Part shown: in pieces, positions 52,294-63,726 of the stretch
How positions within the stretch are numbered: the first letter of the stretch is position 1
How the letters are laid out: every line of letters starts with the position of its first letter
NCBI GenBank assembly: GCA_002269645.1
Contig: NIVC01003883.1
Coordinates: forward strand, 7,961-71,960
DNA from: Macrostomum lignano
Lineage: Eukaryota
Direction of reading: 5' to 3'
DNA length: 64,000 nt
The notes under the pieces: model-generated
Seen by the model: only the letters and a program-made list of their open reading frames with translations
What the model was told of the DNA's origin: nothing
Database searches by the model: none
Translations under genes and position numbers: made by a program

Positions 52294-53145
52294 TTACTTT
52301 TCAAAGTCAGAGCCCTCGTCACGCAGCTTTTGCTGCACAGCCCGGAAGAATTGATCTCCGTCGCGCTCGGCAAACTTAAGCATGTCCTGCTGCGCCGCCT
52401 TGGCGAAGGCCGGATCCAGCTCCTTAAGCTCGCGGCCCGTCTGCATGGCCAGCAACTGGTACATGGCACAGCGCTCCAAGTAGTAGGAGTAGTGGAAGGC
52501 CATGGCCGCGGTTTCCGCTAGCACCAGGTAGCCGTGGTTGGCCATCATCAGGCAGGTCTTGTCAGGTGCCAGGCAGGAAGCCAGCCGAGCGCCCTCTGAG
52601 TCCTGGACGGAGACGCCGCTGTAGTCCAGATCGTAGGCAATGCTGTTGAGAAAGTACAGGCAGTTCTGGTGCACCATGCGCAGTCGGGAGTCCTGCAGGC
52701 AGCTGAGGGCGGTGGCGTACGGACTGTGCAGGTGGAAGACCGCCTTGGCCTCGGGCCGGGCCTCGTGCAGCGGTCGGTGGATTGTGGCCGCGGACGTCTC
52801 GGCGCGACCGTTGCCCTCCACTACCCGACCTGCAGCGTCGAGGCCGACCAGGTCGGAGGCACGCACGCGGGACCAGTGCAGGCCGTAGGGCACCAGCAGC
52901 ATCAGCTCGGCTCCGGAGCCGTCAGCCGATGGCGTCATCAGGCTGAGATGGTTGCAGATGCCCTCGTTGTAGCCCAGCTGGTCCAGGGCCCTGTAGGCTG
53001 CCGCCAGGTCCACCCGGGCCTGCCAGTTCTGCTGAGCCGCTGTTGTGGCACCCCGGTTCCCGCTGAGCTGGCGGATGCCGAAGGCCACCGGCTGCAGCAG
53101 CAGGCGGCACCGCGTCCAGCCATTGCGTACTGCTACAGTCAACAT
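52294..53145 (-). CDS. Class II aldolase / adducin head-domain protein with likely mitochondrial presequence, intronless CDS
   Basis: DLAAAYR...EGICNHLS, IHRPLHEARPEAKAVFHLHSPYATALS and MANHG metal-binding His motifs. Arg/Leu-rich N-terminus lacking acidic residues. Confidence 0.9.
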   Translation of the reverse strand: MLTVAVRNGWTRCRLLLQPVAFGIRQLSGNRGATTAAQQNWQARVDLAAAYRALDQLGYNEGICNHLSLMTPSADGSGAELMLLVPYGLHWSRVRASDLVGLDAAGRVVEGNGRAETSAATIHRPLHEARPEAKAVFHLHSPYATALSCLQDSRLRMVHQNCLYFLNSIAYDLDYSGVSVQDSEGARLASCLAPDKTCLMMANHGYLVLAETAAMAFHYSYYLERCAMYQLLAMQTGRELKELDPAFAKAAQQDMLKFAERDGDQFFRAVQQKLRDEGSDFEK

Positions 53146-56100
53146 TTTTCACTCGGCTTAGTATTTAACAGTCTGTCTCACCTCGGCCTAGAAAAGCTTT
53201 AATGGCATTTGTTCTTCTCTTTATCTGGGTAGCAAGATAAGTGTACACTGCTTTGTACACCCTCCGTGCAGAGATATGACACTCTACGCTCGTACACTGT
53301 TGCGAGAATATGAAAATTAGCTAATAATCTTCAAGTATGTCTGTTTATGCACCTGGCTGAGCCTATATTGTGCCCTGCTGCAGCTACAACTCTTGCACCC
53401 CCATTAGCTGACCTGCCCTTCGCCACCACGATTCTGCTATTCCAAGACAGTTATTTGTGCAAAGTACTTTAAAGAAAAATGATGCCTCGGGCTTAGCCAA
53501 TGCTACACTGTCTGCAGTCAGCCACTGTGCAGGATGCAGGACTACCCTTTCAAGTAAAAGCCGTTTTGGAGTCTTTATTGTAGTTTAAAGAAGCCAGAGA
53601 GCCAAAGGGCTTGAGATCCACTTATGAATTGCGCTGAAAATTAAAGAGGACAGAAAGCAGCCGGTCGTGCTGGGCAGGAAGCTCTCAGTCCAAAGGCGAT
53701 CCTTTTTAGAAAGTTCGGCACAAAGGGAGATCGGGATAGGGAAGGGGGCAGCGCGGGCGCCCTGCTGCAGCTCACTCGACCAGATCTATCGCTACGAGAC
53801 AGCCGGTTGCTGTCTTATAAAAAATCTGGCAAGCAATTATAGAGCGGCCATTCCGATGGAAGACACTGCAGTGAACCTGGTAGGCATGTTTGAGGCCATA
53901 AAGCTGGATGTGGGTGGCTATTATCTTTTTATTCCCATTTTCATTGATGGGAGAATATTGAATTCTGCATTCTCTAGGTGTTTTATTGATGCAGCATCCC
54001 AAAATAAACTCTGCCAAGCTTTGGTAGTGAAAAGTACAAACAAGATCTTCTCAATGGAGAGAGGAGGCACGGGCAGAGCACAAGCAAATTTATGCTCTGC
54101 ATGCCCTAGCACTCAGCCTAGCGGAGATTCGCTTACCTGAACTATTATAATATCCGCTGCTGCAATACCTCCGCATGCCAAAGCTAGCATGCAGTGCTCA
54201 ACAGCCCCGCTGCCGCTCATTAAGACAGAGTAGAAGCTGCTCTACTGAGCAACTGCAGGTCAGACGAACTCTGCCCAGCCGAGTCCCCGTGCCCCCCCCG
54301 CCCTGGCCCGAGCGGCCCAGCCAGCGGAGGAAAAGGCAGCGTCTTCCGTTTCGCGAGGCAATTTCCCGTTTTCACGCGTAATGCGAAGTGACACGCCTTC
54401 CCTCCTCTGTCGCGGGTGCGAGAGAGGGGCAGCTGAGACAGGCAGAGAAATAGGCCTCCACAGCGGCTGCAGCTGAGGGGTAGATGATGCTTGGATTCCA
54501 GAGCCTCTAGTCCGATGCAGCGAGTTAATCCGATTGTGTGTCATAAGTTGAGAGCAGGCATCACGGGATCTTGCTGAGCTCCCTCTCGAGTTGCAGCGCC
54601 TTCAAGTCGTGCAGAATTCTTATTAGTAGATTTCTTTTGAATTCACAGTCAGTTATTTCGGCAAAAATACAAATTATAGCGCATGTCCCTCTTGAGCGAA
54701 GCCGTTGCCTTGTTTGAGTCCGAGGCTATGAGCAGGGGGTGTCGGGTTGCTCTCGTGTTGAAGTGGCTCGCAGCTCCAGCCGGAATTCACGCCGGGAGAA
54801 AATTTTGAAGCCGCTGTGCTGCACTTTCTCTCAACCAACGAGTCCAGAGACTCGTGAGGGGCTCAGAAATTCTCATCAGCTTTTCTGTCCCCTGAAGTTC
54901 CGCCCCATCCCCTGTGTCCCTGGGGTGAGGCCGCCGGATTAAGCTGAAATCGGGAGCAGATTAGTGACAACTTCGCCCGGGGCGGGCCGCCAGCCTCAAA
55001 GCAAATTGGGATTAACTTCATCGCGAACGCCGCTCAGGACTGCGTGATGAAGATGCAAACTTTTATAACTCGCAGGGCTGGCTAAGCATGCGGCTGACTC
55101 CATCTCGGAGCAAATTACGCCCACATCGACTCAAGGATTTTTTTAGTGTAGGAGAGGTGAGAGACGGAGGAGCTCTCTGAAGGCTCTCAGCTTTGAAATG
55201 AGTTCTCATGTTCAAAAACGCTTTCTCAATGCATGGGCGGGCAGAGCAATTTTTCGTTCCTAGAGTAGCTGCTGGGATCGGAATCTCTGGAGAATCTCCC
55301 GCCTAAGACTGATGGGACTTTTAAAGCTGCCCCAACGTGATGGCCGAGCGCGGGCTAATTTACCGATCTCTGCTCTTGCATGATCTGCGGCTCCCGCGCA
55401 GCTCGAGAGTTTGAGAAGACAGACAGACAGAAACTAGGAGAAAGTGGAAGAGGCACAGGCAGCTTCTTGGGGAGGGCAAGCGACCTATTACTAGAGACCG
55501 TCACTCCAGCGCGCTGCCGGTGTTCCCGCAGTGGTCCGCTAGTCTGGGACTTCGGAGGGGGGAGGCAGCTCGCGTGTCGCCTTGAGGCAGGCTGGGATAG
55601 ATGAACAGGGAGTGGGCTGCATGCTGCCACTCCCACTTGCCTCTGAGTCTCCCGGCAGGCCTCAAATTCAAAGTTGGGTGCGCTGGCCCGGGAGAGGGCT
55701 GAGGTTTCTCCGGAGCAGCAGGGCAGGCGGCCAAAGAGATTCCTGAGGGAGGGGGGAATCGCAGCAGCCTTCGCGACTCTTCCGCCGCCCCACCCGGGCT
55801 GGCAAACAGAGTGAAAGTACGAGCAGCGCTAGGCCCCCTTCGCTGCCATTCGACTCCGTATGGCACGGCGGGCTTCAATATTAATTTCATGCCACGGGTC
55901 ATGCAGCTCTCCTTATGACTGTCGGTGCTTCATTTTCTTCTGCTCGGTGCTCGGTCCGCATGAGCCTGGCTCTGCTGAAAGTCATCGGTCTCGATTAATC
56001 CTTGATGTAGAAGCGCGCTATGAGCTTGTGGCCAAAGCCTGTGTAAAAGCCGAGACCAACAATGGAGACAAAAGTGCAAGTCTGGGGTTCCGGAGGAACT

Positions 56101-57312
56101 AATGAAATCAGTGCGATAAAGCTCAGCTGCTCAAACTAGCTCGAGGTGATCAGCCTAAGCGGCAATAATTATTCAATTATTTCGGCTTTACCGCTCGCTG
56201 GAGCCACCCAGCCCGTGGACTAAATGCATTAGTAAAAGTGCACCGAAGGGTGACCGCTACTGAAAGCGCACCGCGTCGGCTGGGAGAAACTGCGGATCGT
56301 GTCTGACTCTGCGCTAACATGCCAAGGGCTCCAGCGAAAAGTGCCAGACCTGCCTGTTGCCGACTTCGCTGTGCTGGTTCCCAGTCCGCGAGAATCTGTC
56401 GTCAGGGCTTTGCTAATTGGCTTCGCCCGCCTTATGCGGACGACTTCCTGCCGGCTGCATTCCTCTTGCGGGAGGGGATTGTCGCTTGAATAATCTCTCT
56501 CTTGTTTACCTGTCAGGCTGCGAATCTTTTAGGGGTGTTAGGAGAGGCTGGGGCTGAGGTGCCGGCCAGGCAGAACACAGAACCATTAGGGAGTACTCTG
56601 CAGATAAGCAAGAATTTCCCAGCTGCCTTGTTCCAGGAATTCAGCTGCGCCATCTGTATTTAACTGTCTTCCTGCGTCGAAACTGAATACAAGGCACCTT
56701 GCTGGCTTTCTGCTGAGCAAAAAATTTTCAGCATAGCATGAACAGCTCCCTCAGGCTTTGCACTAACACTGAGTTCTCAAATTCTGCTGCGAGTTTCCCA
56801 CTGAGCCATCGATCACGGCAACAACAATGGGAAGGCGGGTTGTGGCGACCGCTCGCTGGGGGGACAGAGGGCAAGGGGAGACCCTGCCCGTCCGCTCCGG
56901 ATCGCACCGGTTTCCCTGCGTGAGCGCCACCTCACCTCCGACCGTTCATCCCTAAACAGTCTGGCGGGCCAATGGGAGCCGAGCAGGCCCGCGCTGCTCT
57001 GCAGCCCCTCCCAGAGGGGATTCTCCCGCGGCCTTCTGCAGCAACTCAGCCCGTGACCTGTCCATAGCAGCCTCGCCAAGCCTTTGCGCACAAGCGAGCT
57101 GAGCGGCTGTACGCCAGTCCCCGCGGGCTGATACTTCAGAGAGTTGGAATTCGGCCCACCCGAGCGCCGCCGAATTAGCACGGCCATCCAAAGTTTCAGC
57201 GGGAATTCAGACACCGACAGCTCGGATCACCGGCCTGGTCCCAGGGTTTTCCGTCCTCTGTGCGGCAGTTGCAGCGAGGCCTCCAGCCGACCAAAGCCGC
57301 ATGGGCGTCGGG

Positions 57313-57506
57313 GCCCGCGATCGCGCCAGCAGAAGCCGCTAGCCTCCGTCTGAGGCGCCCGCGATCGCGCCAGCAGAAGCCGCTAGTCTCCATCTGAGGC
57401 GCCCGCGATCGCGCCAGCAGAAGCCGCTAGCCTCCGTCTGAGGCGCCCGCGATCGCGCCAGCAGAAGCCGCTAGTCTCCGTCTAAGGCGCCCGAGATGGC
57501 GCCAGC
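57313..57506 (+). repeat. 44-bp tandem repeat (4 copies plus a diverged fifth overlapping the channel start codon)
   Basis: CCCGCGATCGCGCCAGCAGAAGCCGCTAG(C/T)CTCCGTCTGAGGCG with period 44 (CCC at 57314, 57358, 57402, 57446, 57490). Confidence 0.95.
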
Positions 57507-58438
57507 GCGGCTGCTCCTGGTTCTGTTGGCCGTTCTGCTGGCCTGGGTGCAGGTTGCGGACTGCGGCGCCGCACCCAACTACACGAACATCGTGGACCGC
57601 ATCGTGTTCCACATCTTCCGCGGCTACAACAAACACCAGCGGCCCGTGCCCGCTAGCCGGCAGAAGCCAGACGGCACCATAGAAGAGGATTCGACCGACG
57701 TGGACGTCAACATGAAGATTCTCAGCATCAACAAGGTGGACGTCATCAACATGGAGTTTACGCTGGACATGTACCTGCGTCAGTTCTGGAAGGACACGCG
57801 GCTGCGCTGGGATCATTACAAAGACTTCAGTTTCTACAACGAGTCCATCGCCATCCCCGCCAAGAAGGAGCACCTGTGGCTTCCAGACCTGTTCTTCCGT
57901 AATGGAAAGGAGGGTTACCTGCACAAAATGACTCAGCCTAACTATCTGATCAGAGTTGAGCCCGACGGGCAGATCCTGTATTCGCAGAAGGTTACCATGA
58001 AGTTCTCGTGCCAGATGCAGTTGCAGACATTTCCCATGGACACGCAGACGTGCTTCGTGAACATCGGCAGCTACGGATACACCACGAGGAACCTGCTGTT
58101 CAAGTGGAAGCGGGACGGGCTGAAAGACCCGGTGGAGCTGGACGGCTCCATGCAGATTTCCGAGTTCAACGCGCCGACTTTGCTGAGAGCCACGACTGCA
58201 CGCAGGGCAGCGCGACCAGCACAGGGAGCTACGCGTGCCTGAAGGCGATCTTCAAGCTGGAGCGGCAGCTGGGCAGCTACCTGTCCGGTACCTACATCCC
58301 TGCCATCCTCATCGTGGCGGTCTCTTGGCTCAACTTCTGGATCAGTATTGAAGCCGTGCCAGCCAGGGTCTCCCTGGGCCTGCTCACCCTGCTGGGCATC
58401 CTCACCCAGGGCATGTCAGTCATCAACAACCTGCCCAG
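57496..58438 (+). CDS. Anion-selective Cys-loop channel (lophotrochozoan GluCl-like), cassette 1: signal peptide, extracellular domain, M1-M2; 1-nt deletion at about 58174
   Basis: Signal peptide, YLRQFW loop D, WLPDLFFRN loop A, Cys-loop CQMQLQTFPMDTQTC, loop C Cys pair, PAR motif before M2, NLPR|GTAGGC phase-2 donor. The loop-A Arg with no loop-G Arg matches the glutamate-binding arrangement known for lophotrochozoan GluCls. Confidence 0.88.
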
Positions 58439-59396
58439 GTAGGCCATTCTTAGTCAGCTGTTTTCAAGAAAATTGAGGTTACTTTTCTTTCTTAATTGGT
58501 GCCCTTTTTGAGCATTTGACGGCTCACTGAAAGTGCCCATCCAGTCTGCTCACTGCGGTCTCTCATGCCAGTTTTCAGTCTTGCCCTGTCAGCAAGTCAT
58601 GCGCCCGTTTCGCGGGCTCAGGCCCAGAGCTTGTGGTGCTCAGCTCACCCGATATCTAGAAATCCAGCTCCTCTCCGCTTACTCACCCAGCCTCTCTCGG
58701 CATCTTCATTCCCTCCTCAATCCGCGGCTGCATAAGTTCAGAAGCGACCCTAATCCTCAGGCTGAGCCTTCTTTCTCACGGGGACAGGTGAAGAGAGCCC
58801 ACCAGTGCGATCTCAAATCATTATTTATGCAAGCCAGGTGGGCCGCCCGAATCCCAGCTGTAGGCGGTCAGAAAGCCGCGCCCTGCGCCGGACTGTCGCC
58901 GGAAACGGCCCAGTTTCTCCATAAATGCATCAAAACAGCCAAGCTCAGTTTTTTCATCTGGCCTCTGCAAGCCTTTGAGGAGCTTTTCCTCTACAAAGAC
59001 ACAAGCTTCAAGACGCATTCGCTTCTTGAGTGCCTTCTGAACATGCAGGCTGACGGCTGTTGCGATTGCCTATTAATTTCAGCTCCGATGAGAACTGTGC
59101 TCAAAGCCCCGCTTTTCATCTTTTAATATCCGAATCCCCTTTGAGGGCCTCTTTTTCGAGAAGAGGCAGGGAAAGCTCAGGCCAGATTATCCCCTTGGCT
59201 CCGTCATGGCGCTCTCCTAATCCGTCTTGTGCGGGATCAGAGCGGTGGGATCTGAAACTCCTTGCCGATTTCTCTGCGCCGTTAAAATCCAGACGCCAAT
59301 TATGTTCACTTTTCATCCCACATCATCTCTCACGCACCATCCTATGTTTGCATCCCCTTCTCCCGTCTCCTGCATCTCCTCTCCCTGCCTCTCCCG

Positions 59397-59619
59397 CATC
59401 TCATCACACTCTCCTCACTCCACCATCTCATCACACTCTGCTCACTCCACCATCTCATCACACTCTGCTCACCCCACCATCTCATCACACTGCTCACTGC
59501 TCCATCTCATCACACTCTGCTCATTCCACCATCTCATCACACTCTGCTCATTCCACCATCTCATCACACTGCTCACTGCTCCATCTCATCACACTCTGCT
59601 CACTGCTCCATCTCATCAC
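59397..59619. repeat. Pyrimidine-rich minisatellite, about 27-bp unit CACCATCTCATCACACTCTGCTCACTC
   Basis: Direct reading. Unit length varies. Confidence 0.9.
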
Positions 59620-60617
59620 TTCTTCCGTCTCACTATAGCTTCCCACCACCTTGCAAAGTCTAAGCAGCTGCAAGCTCACACAACAGGAGTGGCGCACAGG
59701 GCAGAGTGTACTTTGTGGTGGCGTTGGTTTCGGTAACTGCGGGCTTTGACTTGCGCAGCCTCCAAAATCAGTGGCGATGCACTCTAAATCATTTAGAATT
59801 TGAAAAGCTGTCTCTGTTACTCTGTTGCCATTTATTCCTACCTGTTCTCGTGACAGGGTCGCATGAACTGCAAATATTCCAAAAGCAACTTCACACCTCT
59901 TCAAAGCTATGGGACTCGTTGCTCTGGATTAAAATAGACGAGAACCACTAGCAAAACGTTTCCCCAAAAATCCTTGAAGAAAGTGCTCACTATGTAGGAG
60001 CTGTTTCGCTTTTGAGCTTAAAATGAGAATGACAACATCCATTGGTTCAGTCCCTGTCCCAATGGATTCAACTCTCCTTTCACCCTGATTTTTAATCCCC
60101 GGGCACTCAATAAGCGACGAGATTCGACATGGAATTCAAGACCCGGGCCAGTTTTGCACCGACTACGGTACAGCAGCTGCAAACTGCTGTTTCATGCATC
60201 AGTTCGACCACAGGTCAATAATCATGAATTTATGAAATGCTCAATCAGCCCGTGCGCAAAATGAAGTACATTGGAATAAGCTCAACTGTACCGCTCTAGC
60301 CAAAGCCTAGCCAATTATCGAAATTAAACAGCAAGTAGTTCGTTGAAGAAAGCAAAGTCCTACTCATGCACTCTGCCTGTGTGAGCTGGACTGCTCAGAA
60401 TGAAGCATTTCAATGCTTCCTACTGAAGTCCCCTGAGCCACCGGCTTTGCTACTCATTCTACTGTAAGTAGTCTGCTTGGTTGAAAATTCACTGGATTTT
60501 TAAATGCACCAGCGTGTAAGAAGCTCAATTTTTAGTTAAAGGCTTGCGCGGACCATTCAGATATGGAATTTTTTTTTATTTTTCAAAGAGGGAAGGTTTG
60601 ACTCTCCGACGATTCTT

Positions 60618-61828
60618 ACAGTGTTCAGGTCTATGATTGTGTGCTGTGCACAGTGTTCCATGTCTATGGTTTTGTGCTGTACACAGTGTTCCATATCTAT
60701 GATTGTGTGCTGTACACAGTGTTCCATGTCTATGGTTGCGTGCTGTACACAGTGTTCCATGTCTATGGTTGCGTGCTGTACACAGTGTTCCATGTCTATG
60801 GTTGCGTGCTGTACACAGTGTTCCATGTCTATGGTTGTGTGCTGTGCACAGTGTTCCATGTCTATGGTTGTGTGCTGTGCACAGTGTTCGATGTCTATGG
60901 TCGGTTGTGTGCTGTACGAGTACACAGTGTTCCATGTATATGATTGCGTGCTGTACACAGTGTTCCATGTCTATGGTTGTGTGCTGTACACAGTGTTCCA
61001 TGTCTATGGTTGTGTGCTGTGCACAGTGTTCTATGTCTATGGTTGTGTGCTGTGCACAGTGTTCCATGTCTATGGTCGGTTGTGTGCTGTACGAGTACAC
61101 AGTGTTCCATGTATATGGTTGCGTGCTGTACACAGTGTTCCATGTCTATGGTTGTGTGCTGTACACAGTGTTCCATGTCTATGGTTGTGTGCTGTGCACA
61201 GTGTTCTATGTCTATGGTCGGTTGTGTGCTGTTCGAGTACACAGTGTTCCATGTCTATGGTTGTGTGCTGTACACTGTTCCAGGTCTATGATTGTGTGCT
61301 GTACACAGTGTTCCATGTCTATGTTTGCGTGCTGTACACAGTGTTCCATGTCTATGGTTGTGTGCTGTACACAGTGTTCCATGTCTATGGTTGTGTGCTG
61401 TACACTGTTCCAGGTCTATGGTTTTGTGCTGTACACAGTGTTCCATGTCTATGGTTGTGTGCTGTACACAGTGTTCCATGTTTATGATTGTGTGCTGTAC
61501 ACTGTTCCATGTCTATGGTTGTGTGCTGTGCACAGTGTTCCATGTCTATGATTGTGTGCTGTACACTGTTCCAGGTCTATGATTGTGTGCGGTGCACAGT
61601 GTTCCATGTCTATGGTTGTGTGCTGTACACAGTGTTCCATGTCTATGATTGTGTGCTGTACACAGTGTTCCATGTCTATGATTGTGTGCTGTACACAGTG
61701 TTCCATGTCTATGGTTGCGTGCTGTACACAGTGTTCCATGTCTATGGTTGCGTGCTGTACACAGTGTTCCATGTCTATGGTTGCGTGCTGTACACAGTGT
61801 TCCAGGTCTATGGTTATGTTCTGTACTC
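60618..61828. repeat. 33-bp minisatellite ACAGTGTTCCATGTCTATGGTTGTGTGCTGTAC, about 36 copies
   Basis: Direct reading. Explains the 11-aa periodic ORFs. Confidence 0.97.
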
Positions 61829-62648
61829 AGCTCTTCGGTTGAGCTGCAGATCATTTAGAAAATTAAATTCAATTAAGTAATTTGCTTAGCAGAAGCTCCT
61901 CAAAACCCGGTCCCAGGAACCCAGGTGTGGAACAGGCTGATGAGCTGCAGGTCCAACACCGGCAAAAGTCGGTTCAGTCTCTCTCGCATCGACAGTCGCC
62001 CAGCCCTGAATTGGTGCCAAATTGCTCGACAATTTGCTCCAGCGGGGATCGCATGCGCCAAATTGATTAAAGTAATATGGGAGCTTTTGGCCGAATCCAG
62101 TCAGACCCGGAGTTGCTGAGCGCAGATAAGAGAGGCTGGGCTGAGCTGCAGCTCACCACTCAGAGTGAGGAAGTGGCAGTGCGGACTCACTCTGCTGCTG
62201 TTGTCTGCCTGGCAGCGGTGGGGCTCTAATGGCCGGCCGGTGTGGCTGCTGACAATGCGGGGCAGAGGCCAGGGATAATGAAACCGGGTCGGGGCAGGCC
62301 GGATTAAAGCCGGCTCGCCGAGCCGCTGCGGTCATTGGCTACCAAAGGCCAGGGAAGAGAATGAGCGGAGAGGAAAATGGGAAGCGGATAAGAGTGTTGT
62401 TTGCGCGAGACTGATCCCCAGAACAGATATAGGAAATACTCAAATAGCGACTGCAGCCCGCATGTCCTCCTGGCTCACCGCTACCGGCATTTGAGCTGGG
62501 AGCTAAGCTGCTCTGCTCCCATTAGCCCGGGCTGGCAGGTGCTGACAATTCCTGCTCCCAGCCTCGCACTTGCTGGATAGCCGCTCCCAGGAGAGCGCAG
62601 AGACAGCCGGAGAGAAGAGCATCGAGAGCCAGCCATAGGCCGATCGCG

Positions 62649-63642
62649 ATGCACTTTTGGTGCCGCCTGCTGCCCGCCCTGCTGGCGGTCGCTGCTGTGT
62701 TCGCCACCGAGGAGATTCAGCCGACCAGCGGGTCGGTTCGGCCGAACTACACCAACATCGTGGACCGCATCGTGGAGGCGATCTTCCGCGGCTACAATAA
62801 GCACCAGCGGCCGGTGGAGATGCCGCCGAAGCCGGACGGCCAGCCGGCTGAGCCCGCCCAGACGTGTCCGGCTCCAGCAAGCCGGTGCAGCCATCCACGG
62901 CCGTGGACGTCAACATGAAGATTCTCAGCATCAACAAGGTGGACGTCATCAACATGGAGTTTACGCTGGACATGTACCTGCGTCAGTTCTGGAAGGACAC
63001 GCGGCTGCGCTGGGATCATCGCAAAGACTTCAGTTTCTACAACGAGTCCATCGCCATCCCCGCCAAGAAGGAGCACCTGTGGCTTCCAGACCTGTTCTTC
63101 CGTAATGGAAAGGAGGGTTACCTGCACAAAATGACTCAGCCTAACTATCTGATCAGAGTTGAGCCCGACGGGCAGATTCTGTATTCGCAGAAGGTGACCA
63201 TGAAGTTCTCGTGCCAGATGCAGTTGCAGACGTTTCCCATGGACACGCAGACGTGCTTCGTGAACATCGGCAGCTACGGATACACCACGAGGAACCTGCT
63301 GTTCAAGTGGAAGCGGGACGGGCTGAAAGACCCGGTGGAGCTGGACGGCTCCATGCAGATTTCCGAGTTCAACACACCCGACTTCGCCATTGTGGAGGAC
63401 TGCACGCAGGGCAGCGCGACCAGCACAGGGAGCTACGCGTGCCTGAAGGCGATCTTCAAGCTGGAGCGGCAGCTGAGCAGCTACCTGGCTGGCACCTACA
63501 TCCCCGCCATCCTCATCATTGCCGTCAGCTGGCTCAGCTTCTGGGTCAATATAGAAGCCGTGCCCGCTCGAGTTACGCTGGGCCTGCTCACCCTGTTGGG
63601 TATCCTCACCCAGGCATCCACCGTGATGGCCAACCTGCCCAG
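62649..63642 (+). CDS. Anion-selective Cys-loop channel (GluCl-like), cassette 2: signal peptide, extracellular domain, M1-M2; 1-nt deletion at 62857-62859
   Basis: MHFWCRLLPALLAVAAVFA signal peptide. Adding one C to GCCCAGAC gives EPAPDVSGSSKP and joins ORFs 62649 and 62864. Same motifs as cassette 1. NLPR|GTAGGG phase-2 donor. Confidence 0.9.
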
Positions 63643-63726
63643 GTAGGGACTGCAGACTCTCCTAGGCATCTACCTTGATGGCCAATCTGCCCAAGTAGCA
63701 GGTGCTGATACAACAGGAGGAGGGGG

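Noticed and set aside
53667-54140. 157-aa plus-strand ORF
   Set aside because: GTG start, no recognisable domain and no convincing exon partners.
59706-59951. Hydrophobic ORF start (YFVVALVSV) as the missing M3/M4 exon of channel cassette 1
   Set aside because: Lacks VSYxKAxD, M3 or M4 motifs and has no suitable phase-2 acceptor.
60557-61880. Many overlapping Cys/His-rich ORFs, superficially metallothionein-like
   Set aside because: All six-frame translations of a 33-bp minisatellite.
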